Source: Clostridia bacterium (GTDB lineage Bacteria; Bacillota; Clostridia; TANB77; CAG-508). Taken from it: a stretch of 64,000 nucleotides of DNA. Below, in pieces: positions 38,825 through 48,254 of this stretch. The translations under genes and the position numbers were made by a program. The stretch lies in contig JBJFFE010000072.1 in assembly GCA_051891435.1 (NCBI GenBank), positions 8,084 to 72,083 on the forward strand, in the 5' to 3' direction. The stretch's first letter is position 1, and the number at the start of each line of letters is the position of its first letter. Under the pieces are notes generated by a model that was given only the letters and a program-made list of their open reading frames with translations, was not told the DNA's origin and made no database searches.

Positions 38825-38866
38825 ATTATACACCTATTTTTAGCAATGTCAATAGGAGAGTGCTAA
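38825..38866 (-). promoter_or_regulatory. hsp20 promoter with overlapping CIRCE-like (HrcA operator) inverted repeat
   Basis: Minus strand reads TTAGCACTC-N9-CATTGCTAA (38866-38840) versus the CIRCE consensus TTAGCACTC-N9-GAGTGCTAA. TTGACA (38852-38847) and TGTATAAT (38832-38825) are embedded in or adjacent to it. Confidence 0.6.
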
Positions 38867-38881
38867 TTTTTTAAAATTTTT

Positions 38882-39856
38882 TTAATTTTGTATTTTTATT
38901 TGTTCTTCTTTTATTAATGGATATCTTATAAGTTTATCTCCATCTAAGTTTTCTTTATGCATATCTACTGCAGTGATTTGATGATTATCATATGTTGTAT
39001 AATAATAAATTCCTTTATTTGTATTACAACACGATGTATAAAGTGTTATCTCATATTTATCATCACCTAAATTGCAACATCCTCTTTGTTGATCAACTGA
39101 ATTAAGTATGTGGAAAAATTGACTAACGCTTTCTTTTTCTCCTTCTCCAGAAATTGAATTCATTTTTGTAAATGCTACTCTTACAAATCTAGATTGTGAT
39201 GATAAATCTCCTGGAAGACCTATTGCTCCCATTCCTCGACTATATCTTTCTAAATTTAAGCCTTGAGCAAAAGTGTTCTTAGGTGGTTTTGTTGATAAAT
39301 GCATATAATTATTTAAGCTAAACATTTGCTTATCAAAAGGAGGATTATTTGTTAAAACTCCTACTGGATTTTCATATATTTTAATTCCTTCTTTTACAGA
39401 TTCTACCGTTATAGATTCTTCACTATCTGAAATAATCCAATGTAGCTCCGCTAATGGCAACTTATCATTAAATGGCATATTTAAGAAATTCATTTTTTCT
39501 ACCAAATTTTGTGCTTCTTTTACCGTAGCACATTGGCTAAGAATCCAAGGAATAAATTCAAATTGTGTTATATTATCTTTTCCTTCTACTTCATCTTTAT
39601 AGACTGTATTTCCTACAAAATTTAATCCTGCAATGCCTAATCCTTTTTCATTTATAGCATCGTAATATAAAGGATAATCTTCTACTACATACGCCATACC
39701 AATTATTGCATAATGAATATTTATATCCCCTTTTTTTCTAAAATGAAATGGATAATTTCGTGGGGTTATTGTAACCTCATCTCCATAAGAAAATTCGTAA
39801 TCTAATGTACGTCCAAAATAAAAATCTTTTGTTTTATAAGTTGCCGCTGTACACAT
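38882..39856 (-). CDS. bsh: choloylglycine (bile salt) hydrolase family, Ntn-hydrolase
   Basis: Starts MCTAATYKTKDFYFGRTLDYEFSYGDEVTITPRNYPF (Cys2 nucleophile, typical BSH N-terminus); 324 aa. Confidence 0.85.
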   Translation of the reverse strand: MCTAATYKTKDFYFGRTLDYEFSYGDEVTITPRNYPFHFRKKGDINIHYAIIGMAYVVEDYPLYYDAINEKGLGIAGLNFVGNTVYKDEVEGKDNITQFEFIPWILSQCATVKEAQNLVEKMNFLNMPFNDKLPLAELHWIISDSEESITVESVKEGIKIYENPVGVLTNNPPFDKQMFSLNNYMHLSTKPPKNTFAQGLNLERYSRGMGAIGLPGDLSSQSRFVRVAFTKMNSISGEGEKESVSQFFHILNSVDQQRGCCNLGDDKYEITLYTSCCNTNKGIYYYTTYDNHQITAVDMHKENLDGDKLIRYPLIKEEQIKIQN

Positions 39857-39888
39857 AATATTCCTCCTTACACACCATGCCTTCTACT

Positions 39889-40689
39889 TTAATTATTAAT
39901 TTCTTCATCAACTTCTCTCCCTTCTTTTTCTGCAGGAATATCTCTAATAATATCTTTAATTACTTCTCCTGCAATAATTAGTCCTGCAACTGCTGGAACA
40001 AAAGAAATACTTCCAGGAACTTGATTTTTAACTGTGTGTTTTCCTTCTGCCCCCTGTGAACATATATTTTCATTTTTACAACTACATTCTAAGCTCTCAT
40101 CTAGTTTTATCGGTTCTTCTTTTGAATATACAACTTTTAATTTTTTTATTCCTCTTGTTCTTAATTCTTTTCTCATAACCTTTGCCAATGGGCATACACT
40201 CGTTTTATAAATATCTGTTACTTCAAAGCCTGTAGGATCCAATTTATTACCCGTTCCCATACTTGATATGATAGGTATATTTAATTTATTTGCTCTCATA
40301 ACAAGTTCTATTTTAGCTGTAACTGTATCTACACAATCTACAATATAATCTACTGTTTCATCTAATATTTCTTTACTGTCTGGCATAAAAAATTCTTGAA
40401 TAGTTTCTACTTTTGCATTTGGATTTATTTCTAAAATTCTTTCTTTTGCAACTTCTACTTTATATCTTCCAATTGTTTTTTGAGTAGCAATTATTTGTCT
40501 ATTTAAATTTGTTAAACAGATTTTATCATTGTCTACTAATATAAAATTTTCCACCCCTGCTCTTACTAGTCCTTCAACTACAAAAGAGCCTACTCCACCA
40601 ATTCCAAATATAGCAACTTTTGCTTTGTGTAGTTTTTCTATTCCATCTTTTCCTATTAATAATTCTGTTCTCGAAAACTGATTTAGCAT
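39889..40689 (-). CDS. tcdA: tRNA threonylcarbamoyladenosine dehydratase (ThiF/E1-like)
   Basis: FSRTELLIGKDGIEKL...VAIFGIGGVGSFVVEGLVRAGV...DNDKICLTNLNRQ. Confidence 0.85.
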   Translation of the reverse strand: MLNQFSRTELLIGKDGIEKLHKAKVAIFGIGGVGSFVVEGLVRAGVENFILVDNDKICLTNLNRQIIATQKTIGRYKVEVAKERILEINPNAKVETIQEFFMPDSKEILDETVDYIVDCVDTVTAKIELVMRANKLNIPIISSMGTGNKLDPTGFEVTDIYKTSVCPLAKVMRKELRTRGIKKLKVVYSKEEPIKLDESLECSCKNENICSQGAEGKHTVKNQVPGSISFVPAVAGLIIAGEVIKDIIRDIPAEKEGREVDEEINN

Positions 40690-40704
40690 TTTATTAATCT
40701 CCTT

Positions 40705-40818
40705 TTATTTTATTATACATCTTGCTTCTTCCATATATCTAATATAATTTGAATGATGGACAACTCCCATTTTATCTGTTTCATAATAATTAATTTTTCT
40801 TTCAAAAATAAAATTCAT
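40705..40818 (-). pseudogene. 37-codon N-terminal remnant of a YbgC/4HBT-type acyl-CoA thioesterase
   Basis: MNFIFERKINYYETDKMGVVHHSNYIRYMEEAR, then premature TAA. A full-length family member would be ~130-140 aa. Confidence 0.55.
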
Positions 40819-40862
40819 ATATTATACCATAAAATTGTGATATTATTGGCAAAAAGGTTCAC
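40812..40862 (-). pseudogene. 16-codon N-terminal remnant of a DUF4160-type gene
   Basis: AGGAGGTG RBS, TTG start, (M)PIISQFYGIIYEFYF*. DUF4160 proteins begin MPxISxFYGIxIxMY. Overlaps the thioesterase remnant in another frame. Confidence 0.4.
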
Positions 40863-40991
40863 CTCCTAGATTATAACATTTGATATTTTACTTTTCAATA
40901 TTTTCTCCTTCTTTTTTTGATTTTTATTTGTATTGTTATTATTCAGTAAATCGCACATTTTTAGCGTTCCAGGTGTGCATATATTTAGTAA

Positions 40992-41321
40992 ATAGACTGG
41001 TATTGGCATGACCAATTATATATAAATGCAAATTATATAAAATTAAACAGAACAAAAATATCAGGTGCCCATGAGATAATATATAATGGTTCTGTAAAAG
41101 AATCTGAATATGTAATAGAACACCTACATAGTTTTACAGAAACACCTACTAAATTTATTTTATACGGAGATGCACATGTTGAAAATAAAGATAGTATTGG
41201 AAGTTTAGGAAAAAAATCTTTATTATCTGAAAACAGTAAAAATATGAAAAAAGTTATAATAAGAAAGAACTTTAAGGATAATAAAAAAATAAAAGAATTA
41301 TTAAGCAAAGCGGTAATTTAA
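40992..41321 (+). pseudogene. start-less open frame, probable 3' gene fragment
   Basis: 109 sense codons with protein-like sequence (..ISGAHEIIYNGSVKESEYVIEHLHSFTETPTKFILYGDAHVENKDSIGSLGKK..) but no start codon or RBS near the 5' end. Confidence 0.35.
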
Positions 41322-41458
41322 ATAAAATTATCAGCTTGTGTATATAAAAACACACTAAGATTTAAAAAATATTTTGAAGTGAACCCAAAATATCAGACAA
41401 AAATACGTTTAATTTGAAGGGTTCATTTTAATGTCAAAATATGATGCAGAGTTTAAAT

Positions 41459-42364
41459 TTATTCATTTTTTAATTTTTCTATCTCTTCAGTTATTAATCC
41501 TGTTGATTTAACAATTATTTCTATATCTACACCCAAATTTAGCAATTTTTTGGCAATTTCTATTTTTTCTTGTTTCATTCCTTGTTTCATGCCTTGTTCT
41601 CTTCCTTCTTGTAACCCCTGCTTAATTGCATATTGCCTTCTTGCGTATTCATCTCTTCTTCCTTTTACTCGTAGTTCTGCTAGTATTCTTAATTCTTCAT
41701 CTTTACTCATTCCTGTTAGTTCTTCTACCGCTTCTTTTATCTTTTCATTTTTTGCCATAATTTCCTTCATCTCCTTTTTATTCGGGTTATCAAGAAATAG
41801 CATCCATTGGCATATTTTATTTTGTTCATTTCCTTTATACAATCTCTTCGCTTTTGGAATTTCTACAATTATTATCTCTAAGAAATCTGTCAATATCCTT
41901 TTTCCCGTTTTATTATCTCTTATTTGCCATTTTGTGCCTAATTCCTCTATTCCCTTTAATTCTTTTATTTCATGGTCTAATATTATTATGCTTATAGTTT
42001 TGTGCAATTTTTCATATTCTTCACTTCTTTGTAGTTGTCTTGAATATGCATCTGCCCAATAATACAAAAATTTTTCATTTTCATAATCTTGTGCTTCTAA
42101 TTGTATTTCTATATTACATTTTGTTCCATCTTCTAATTCTGTTCTTAAGTCCATTACTCCTAATTTTTGCTCTGCTATTTTTATATTTAAATGTCTATTT
42201 AAATCTGTAGTTGCTATTTTTGCTTTTTGACCTAATATATCTGATATTAGGCTTTCTGTTAGATTTTTGTTTTCTTCCCTAAAAAGTGCATGAAACACAA
42301 CATCTACTTTCGGTTTTAGTAATTCTTTAGTTTGTTCTTTTTTTTCTTCAAATATTGTACTCAT
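41459..42364 (-). mobile_element. Rpn (YhgA-like) family recombination-promoting nuclease / putative transposase (PD-(D/E)XK)
   Basis: N-terminal DVVFHALFREEN...LNRHLNIKIAEQKLGVMDLRTELEDGTKCNIEIQL (D...E.Q PD-(D/E)XK core). C-terminal repeated helical region. Confidence 0.75.
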
Positions 42365-42662
42365 TTATCTTTCTCCTTTATTTTAACAAATTGTCAATTT
42401 TTTTGCAATACTTTTTTGACAATTTCTTATATTTACACTTTTGGTTTTAGGCATGAAAATAAAAGCATAGACTCCTTTCCTTAATATTTTTGATTTCTAA
42501 TTCTTTTTTGGATTTTTTTAAGAATTAATTATTCGTGATTTAAAATTTTTTGATTAAAATTATTTAGAAATAATATCACACCTTTATTCAAAGTGTATGT
42601 TTTTCTTATACCATATTTTTCCAGTTTTGTCCACTTTTTTTCATCGACATTTTTCGAGATTC

Positions 42663-42739
42663 GTTAATGTTCAGTAGGACTAATTAAAATTGTATAAAAC
42701 ATTGCCTCTACAAATTTTTATACCCTACTGAACATTAAC
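42663..42739. repeat. 77-bp element with perfect 16-bp terminal inverted repeats
   Basis: GTTAATGTTCAGTAGG (42663-42678) and CCTACTGAACATTAAC (42724-42739). A degenerate copy lies at 20135-20220. Confidence 0.7.
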
Positions 42740-42789
42740 CAGTTTTTATCGAATTTTCATTCAATTGAAACGCGTCCCTTTTGCTTTTT

Positions 42790-44370
42790 TCAATCTATTT
42801 GAAAATTTTCCACTTCAGTTGTTATGCCTTCTCCTGTATGAGGATATATTTTACAGTATATCTTGTCTAGACTAAATAATATTATTAATATTGTACATAC
42901 TGTTATTTTCACTTTTGATGTTAATTTTTGCAGTTTCCTTTCTAAAAATGGAGCTACAATATAAACACATAAACATCCTCCTATACCAAAGAACACACTA
43001 CATTCAAGGCAAACTCTTCCATTTATATTTAAGAATATTCCAGTATAATCCCAATATCTTATGCCTGAAGTTAATTCTATATACCACGATGTAGCGTACT
43101 CTATAACAGTACATAATGTCATTACTACAATGAATGTAAGAAGCGGATTTTTTAGCATTTTTCTAAATGGTTTAAATTTTGTTAGTAATATTATAAGTGT
43201 ACAACCTGTGCCATATATTGGAAGCCATGGTCCATACATAGTTCCTCTATTTACTAGTATACCATCTCTAAATAGATATAGTGCTACTTCCCATAGCCAA
43301 CCAACAAATGAAAATATAAAAAAAAATAATATTATTGATGTTAATTCATATTTTTTATTGTAATCTATTTTTATCTTCTTTCTTTGTATTTCATATGTGT
43401 CAGGGTATTTATCTAAGTCATTTTCTTCAAATAATTTTTCATCATTTAGTAATTCATAATTATATTTTTTATTTTCTATATAATCTTTTCTTAATAAATT
43501 ATATAATTCTGTATAAGTTGCTGTATAGTATGGTGTTACATAAATTCCTGCAATACCAAATGTTAAATATTGTAATATATTCCATCCTAAAAACGACATA
43601 TCTAGCTTAAATGCTTGAAACTTATTCCCTTGCATCATTTCTCTAGACATTTTAATTGCATCTTTTGCTTTTATTGAAGGATTTTCAGCTATTATATATA
43701 CTACCATTTTATATGAATAGTTTTTAATAATTCCACCTATTATTGTAAAATTCCATAATAATTTATACACTTCTTTTAATAGCATTGCTTTTATACTTGA
43801 AAAATATCTTTCTTTTTTAAATGCATATGTTAGTCTTTTTACTTTTGTTCTTTTATAATTTATACTTTCCAAATATACTCTACTTGCACCTATTTGAATT
43901 GGATATGATATAAATACTTTTATTAATAACCCAAATACTGAAGATACTATTAAAATAATACTTGCTATTGCTTCTTTATGTTCATAAATAGCAATGGATC
44001 TTATTAAATTTTGTAATTGAGCTTGTCCTTTTGTTATAACATTAAAAGCTGTAAATACTACTCCTTTTGTAATATTGTGTTCTTCGTTGTATCTATTGAT
44101 AGGACCTATCATATTCCCTGTAAATATTTGTGACATTGCTTTATCTAAATATTCATTTGCTAATTCCTCTTTATCTACTGGGTCTACTATTTCTTGTGTA
44201 TTTTTTTCTTTTTCATATTCATATATTATTTTCAAATTTGAGAAACTGTCTTTATTAACTACATTTTCTCCTATTACAATTGTCATAAACAATCCAATTA
44301 TCATTAGTGTCCATAGATTATTTTTTAGAGTTTTTTTTGCTTTATTTTTTACTTCTTTTATGCTCCACAT
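42790..44370 (-). CDS. polytopic membrane protein: DUF975-like N-terminal region fused to 'putative ABC-transporter type IV' (PF06541-like) C-terminal region
   Basis: MWSIKEVKNKAKKTLKNNLW start typical of DUF975. C-terminal FSFVGWLWEVALYLFRDGILVNRGTMYGPWLPIYG motif. Confidence 0.65.
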   Translation of the reverse strand: MWSIKEVKNKAKKTLKNNLWTLMIIGLFMTIVIGENVVNKDSFSNLKIIYEYEKEKNTQEIVDPVDKEELANEYLDKAMSQIFTGNMIGPINRYNEEHNITKGVVFTAFNVITKGQAQLQNLIRSIAIYEHKEAIASIILIVSSVFGLLIKVFISYPIQIGASRVYLESINYKRTKVKRLTYAFKKERYFSSIKAMLLKEVYKLLWNFTIIGGIIKNYSYKMVVYIIAENPSIKAKDAIKMSREMMQGNKFQAFKLDMSFLGWNILQYLTFGIAGIYVTPYYTATYTELYNLLRKDYIENKKYNYELLNDEKLFEENDLDKYPDTYEIQRKKIKIDYNKKYELTSIILFFFIFSFVGWLWEVALYLFRDGILVNRGTMYGPWLPIYGTGCTLIILLTKFKPFRKMLKNPLLTFIVVMTLCTVIEYATSWYIELTSGIRYWDYTGIFLNINGRVCLECSVFFGIGGCLCVYIVAPFLERKLQKLTSKVKITVCTILIILFSLDKIYCKIYPHTGEGITTEVENFQID

Positions 44371-44385
44371 TTTATCTCCTTTTAA

Positions 44386-45495
44386 TTATTCAACTTCTTC
44401 TTTTACTTTTGTTCTTGTATGTTCCTCAAAAAAATTGTCCTTTACAATTCTAAACAAAGCAGATAATGTTTCTAAAATCATTTTTTTACTTTCTGGATCT
44501 ACAAGTTTATACGAACTTAGCAATATTCTTGCATTTGAGAACCAATGAGCTTTTAGGTCTGAGAAAGTTTCTACTTTAGTTGTATTTATTACTTGAAATA
44601 CAATATCTATTACTTGTTCTCTTCTATTCATATCTATTTGTTCAAGCCAGTCTTTAATTGATTTGTCTATAAATTTACTTCCATTAGTAACCTCCTTCAA
44701 ATAAACGAATTCATTTCCTAATAATTGCCAACTATATAAATCATGCTGCATAACTCCTGTCTGTATACTCTTAACAACCGTATATTTTTCTTTATGATTT
44801 AACAACCTGCCAAAAATAGAATCTTGTGGTATATATGTACTTACTTTTTTTATCATTTCTTTATATTCTTTAGTTTCAACTATGTCGTCATTAAATCCAG
44901 GTCCATCGTTATTATAGATATTTATTATTCTATTTCTGATATCTTTATTTGCAAATACTGCAGCATATACCGCAAGATTACCACCTTTCGAGTGTCCTCC
45001 TATTCTTAATTTATTAGGATATTCTTTAGCTACTTCTTCTAAATATTTTACTGCATCTATTTGAGATGGGATATGACTTTTAAATGTCATATTTAAATCT
45101 TCTTTCCATCCTACTACTGTATTGTCTGTTCCTCTATATGATACATATATTGTATCATCTGGCATTATTATTGTTATAGCTGCAAATTGTTTTTCTTGTT
45201 CTGGGCTTATTTTATTTACATACTTGGTTACCCTCATCTCTCCAAATCTTCTTGATAGCCCCATTGCTGGAAATAAATTTATATCGTCTGCCCATAAAAT
45301 TGGCATTTCATTTATATCTTTTTCTAAAAACCTATCGCTTAGTTCTCTTATTGTTACAACTTCGTTTTCCTTTATTAATTCATCAAAAGGAAAATATGAA
45401 AATCTTGATAAGATTAAATTGTCTATTTCGTTAAATTTATCTTTCGATAAACTTAAATCTCCTCTCCACTCAATATAATCAAATACATTTGCCAT
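44386..45495 (-). CDS. DUF2974 / Mbeg1-like alpha/beta hydrolase (lipase-like)
   Basis: MANVFDYIEWRGDLSLSKDKFNEIDNLILSRFSYFPFD N-terminus. YRGTDNTVVGWKEDLNM and GGHSKGGNLA nucleophile elbow. Confidence 0.75.
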   Translation of the reverse strand: MANVFDYIEWRGDLSLSKDKFNEIDNLILSRFSYFPFDELIKENEVVTIRELSDRFLEKDINEMPILWADDINLFPAMGLSRRFGEMRVTKYVNKISPEQEKQFAAITIIMPDDTIYVSYRGTDNTVVGWKEDLNMTFKSHIPSQIDAVKYLEEVAKEYPNKLRIGGHSKGGNLAVYAAVFANKDIRNRIINIYNNDGPGFNDDIVETKEYKEMIKKVSTYIPQDSIFGRLLNHKEKYTVVKSIQTGVMQHDLYSWQLLGNEFVYLKEVTNGSKFIDKSIKDWLEQIDMNRREQVIDIVFQVINTTKVETFSDLKAHWFSNARILLSSYKLVDPESKKMILETLSALFRIVKDNFFEEHTRTKVKEEVE

Positions 45496-45536
45496 AATTT
45501 TTATCTCCTATCATTAGTTTTTTTAATAATAATATA

Positions 45537-45566
45537 AAAGCAAGTAATTGTCAAACTACTTGCTTA
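45537..45566 (-). terminator. terminator of the glycosyltransferase/acyltransferase operon
   Basis: AAGCAAGTA / TACTTGCTT stem. On the minus strand it is followed by TTTATATTATT. Confidence 0.6.
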
Positions 45567-45653
45567 AAAAAAATTATATTAATATTATAGTTACGTCAGT
45601 AATTGAATTTATACAATATTTGTAAGTGCGCCCCACTATTTCAATAAAGTCCA

Positions 45654-46448
45654 TTAGCTATTTTCTCTCTTGTTTTCTGAGATTTTCTCATATTTAATAT
45701 GTTCTATATTACTGTTTTTGCTTCGTTCCACCATTTTGTTATATATTTGGTCTCTTAAGTTTTGTTTTTGTTCACTTTTAGTTAAGTTTTTATCTGGGAA
45801 AAAAGGTCCATCTATATATGTTACAATTTTTATTTTATCTTTGTTTTTCCCATAACTTTGGTATGTATTTGTCATACAAAATGCTGGTGTATTAAACTCA
45901 ATTGGGTATTTAAATGATACTGTTTTAAAAGGTCTTATTTTTGTGTAATATGGCCAAATATGAGCTTCTGGGTATATTGTAATTGCATGTTTTTTATTAA
46001 CATTTTTTTCTATTGCCTCTAAAAATTTCTTCATAGCTTTTTTATTTGCAGGAATTGGCAAAGCACCTAGTAACTGTACAATATTTCCCAGAAATTTCAT
46101 AGAAACATTTTCAGGATTTACTATAAAAAAATTTCTTTTAGGATATATTGGTAAACTTGGTATAAATGTATCCGCAAAGGGTTGTGTGTGATTTACATAC
46201 ACAAAATAAGCCTCATTTTTATATTGTTTCAATTTTTCTTTTCCAACATATTTAATTCTAAATTTTATTTTTGAGTATAATATTTTAATTGGCATGCTTA
46301 AAATATTTTGCATACAAAAACAAACAAAGTCCCATGGTTTATGATGAATATATTTATAATTTTCATCTATCAATCTTGGGACTATCTTTGCTTTAGAAAA
46401 TTCATCATTTAGTTCATCTTTATAGTAGATAACTTCTTTTGGTTTCAT
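45654..46448 (-). CDS. lysophospholipid (PlsC-family) acyltransferase
   Basis: HX4D-type motif VNHTQPFADT and IYPEAHIW block. ATGA overlap with the upstream gene. Confidence 0.7.
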   Translation of the reverse strand: MKPKEVIYYKDELNDEFSKAKIVPRLIDENYKYIHHKPWDFVCFCMQNILSMPIKILYSKIKFRIKYVGKEKLKQYKNEAYFVYVNHTQPFADTFIPSLPIYPKRNFFIVNPENVSMKFLGNIVQLLGALPIPANKKAMKKFLEAIEKNVNKKHAITIYPEAHIWPYYTKIRPFKTVSFKYPIEFNTPAFCMTNTYQSYGKNKDKIKIVTYIDGPFFPDKNLTKSEQKQNLRDQIYNKMVERSKNSNIEHIKYEKISENKRENS

Positions 46449-47314
46449 ACATTTAAATCCTTCTTTTCAGTAGTATATTCTAATGGTATTTTATAAAAGT
46501 CTTCATATACTTTTTTCCAAACTTCAAAATTTTTTTTCTTCATCGCCTCTGTATTTTCTTTAGCAGATAATGTTTCATCTGGATATATTGGTTCTTCTAT
46601 ATTTATAATATATTGTTGAACTGGGAAACCATCCTCACCTATTATATCAGTATCCTCCATTGTTATAAATATTGGTATAACTGGTACATTATTTCTTGCA
46701 GCTAATCTAAAAGCCCCATTTTTTAATGGCTTTGGTTTCTTATAATTCCACCATAAACTTTGTTCTGGGTAAATTAGTATAAAATCTCCTCTTGCTAAAA
46801 TTGTATCAACAGCTTTTATAAATTCTGTCATAGTTTTTGTATTTGAACTTAATGGTAAGGTATCACAATTTCTAAAGAAGAATCCATATAAGCCAGGGAA
46901 ATTAGTGTAATTTCCTTCTCTTATTACTTTATATAGCTTTTTATTTTTCGATTGACCAGATATTCTAAATACCTCTTCAATCGAAAATGAGTCAAATGGA
47001 TTAAAATGATTACATGTTATCATTGCTCCTGTTTGAACACTTTGTAAAATTTCAATTCCTTTAATTTCTTTTATAATTAGTTTATTATTTTCAAGTAAAT
47101 TATCTAAAAACCTTTCTCCAAGTTTATTTGCAAACCTAGCTTTTAATTTACTTTTCCATTTCGTTTTTAAATAATCCACATTTTCTGGAGTTAAAATAAT
47201 TGTAGGTGGATCATCTTCTGCATCCACATCAAAATGGCCTTCTCTTTCTAGTCTTTCAATTTTCTCTAATATTTCTAACCTTTCCTTGGATTTTTCTATT
47301 TCTTGTTCTTCCAT
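46445..47314 (-). CDS. 1-acyl-sn-glycerol-3-phosphate acyltransferase family protein
   Basis: HX4D motif CNHFNPFDSF, IYPEQSLWW block. Confidence 0.75.
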   Translation of the reverse strand: MEEQEIEKSKERLEILEKIERLEREGHFDVDAEDDPPTIILTPENVDYLKTKWKSKLKARFANKLGERFLDNLLENNKLIIKEIKGIEILQSVQTGAMITCNHFNPFDSFSIEEVFRISGQSKNKKLYKVIREGNYTNFPGLYGFFFRNCDTLPLSSNTKTMTEFIKAVDTILARGDFILIYPEQSLWWNYKKPKPLKNGAFRLAARNNVPVIPIFITMEDTDIIGEDGFPVQQYIINIEEPIYPDETLSAKENTEAMKKKNFEVWKKVYEDFYKIPLEYTTEKKDLNV

Positions 47315-47324
47315 TTTTCATCCC

Positions 47325-48254
47325 CTATTTTCTTCTATCGTCTCCAACGCAGTCAGATTCTTTTTGAGCAAGTTCACGAAGCTGTCTATCTTTTTCTCTA
47401 TCATCAAATTTTTCCTCATCACTATAATTATCTCGAATTTTTAATATTTCATCAAAGAATTCTGTTTTTTGTGCATATCTCCAGAAGTAGTCTTTGTATA
47501 AAATATCTTCAAAATGCCATGGTTTAAATGCCAAATTGTAATGAACTAATTTTAAATCTTTTTCATCTACTTCTACATTAGAAACTGGCATTCTATTCCA
47601 ATTTTTATCAATTAGCTTTACCCTACCTTTGCAAAGTCTATTTAAATAATCTTGGTCTTGAGCTACAGAAAATTTAATTGTTCCTAGTACATATAAGAAT
47701 TTTTCTTGAAAATTATATTTTCTAAGCTCATCTAAATTCATTAGAAGAACCCCTGCATTAAAATAATTTCTGTAGTCAGATACACCAACTACTTTTTCTG
47801 CATATTCTTGAAATACTTCAATTGTTTGTATAACATCGTCTGGAGCTGCTCCTACTAAATTATCCCCTAAGTCTGTATTAAATAATTCTGCTACATCTCT
47901 TAAAAGAACAACATCACTATCTAAATATAATGCTTTATTATATTGAGGATATAGGTTTGGTATAAATAGTCTAAAATATGTTGTTTTAGAGAAATAGTCG
48001 CGTGTATATAATTTATCTTTAATTTCTTCAATATAGTAATTTAAGTCTACAAATTCTATATTTACATTTTCTCTTTCATATTTTTTAATTTTTTCTTTGT
48101 GGTCTTCACTTATATTTGTATATAATACCTTAATTAAATAGTAATAATCTGTAGATGAGTTATCTACTAATGATTGAAGTGTTACTGCTAAAAAAGGTAT
48201 GTATTTATCATCAGCCGCAAAAAATATTGGTAATACTTCTTTATTTTGTTCCAT
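47325..48254 (-). CDS. glycosyltransferase family 8
   Basis: PIFFAADDKYIPFLAVTLQSL..., DxD (LYLDSDVVL), NAGVLLMNL. Confidence 0.85.
   Translation of the reverse strand: MEQNKEVLPIFFAADDKYIPFLAVTLQSLVDNSSTDYYYLIKVLYTNISEDHKEKIKKYERENVNIEFVDLNYYIEEIKDKLYTRDYFSKTTYFRLFIPNLYPQYNKALYLDSDVVLLRDVAELFNTDLGDNLVGAAPDDVIQTIEVFQEYAEKVVGVSDYRNYFNAGVLLMNLDELRKYNFQEKFLYVLGTIKFSVAQDQDYLNRLCKGRVKLIDKNWNRMPVSNVEVDEKDLKLVHYNLAFKPWHFEDILYKDYFWRYAQKTEFFDEILKIRDNYSDEEKFDDREKDRQLRELAQKESDCVGDDRRK

Noticed and set aside
41033-41308. 91-aa minus-strand ORF in the fragment patch
   Set aside because: Low-complexity hydrophobic sequence with no RBS. The opposite strand carries a more protein-like (though start-less) frame.
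41550-42062. 170-aa plus-strand ORF
   Set aside because: Antisense to the Rpn-family nuclease gene. Ser/Phe/Cys-rich shadow frame.
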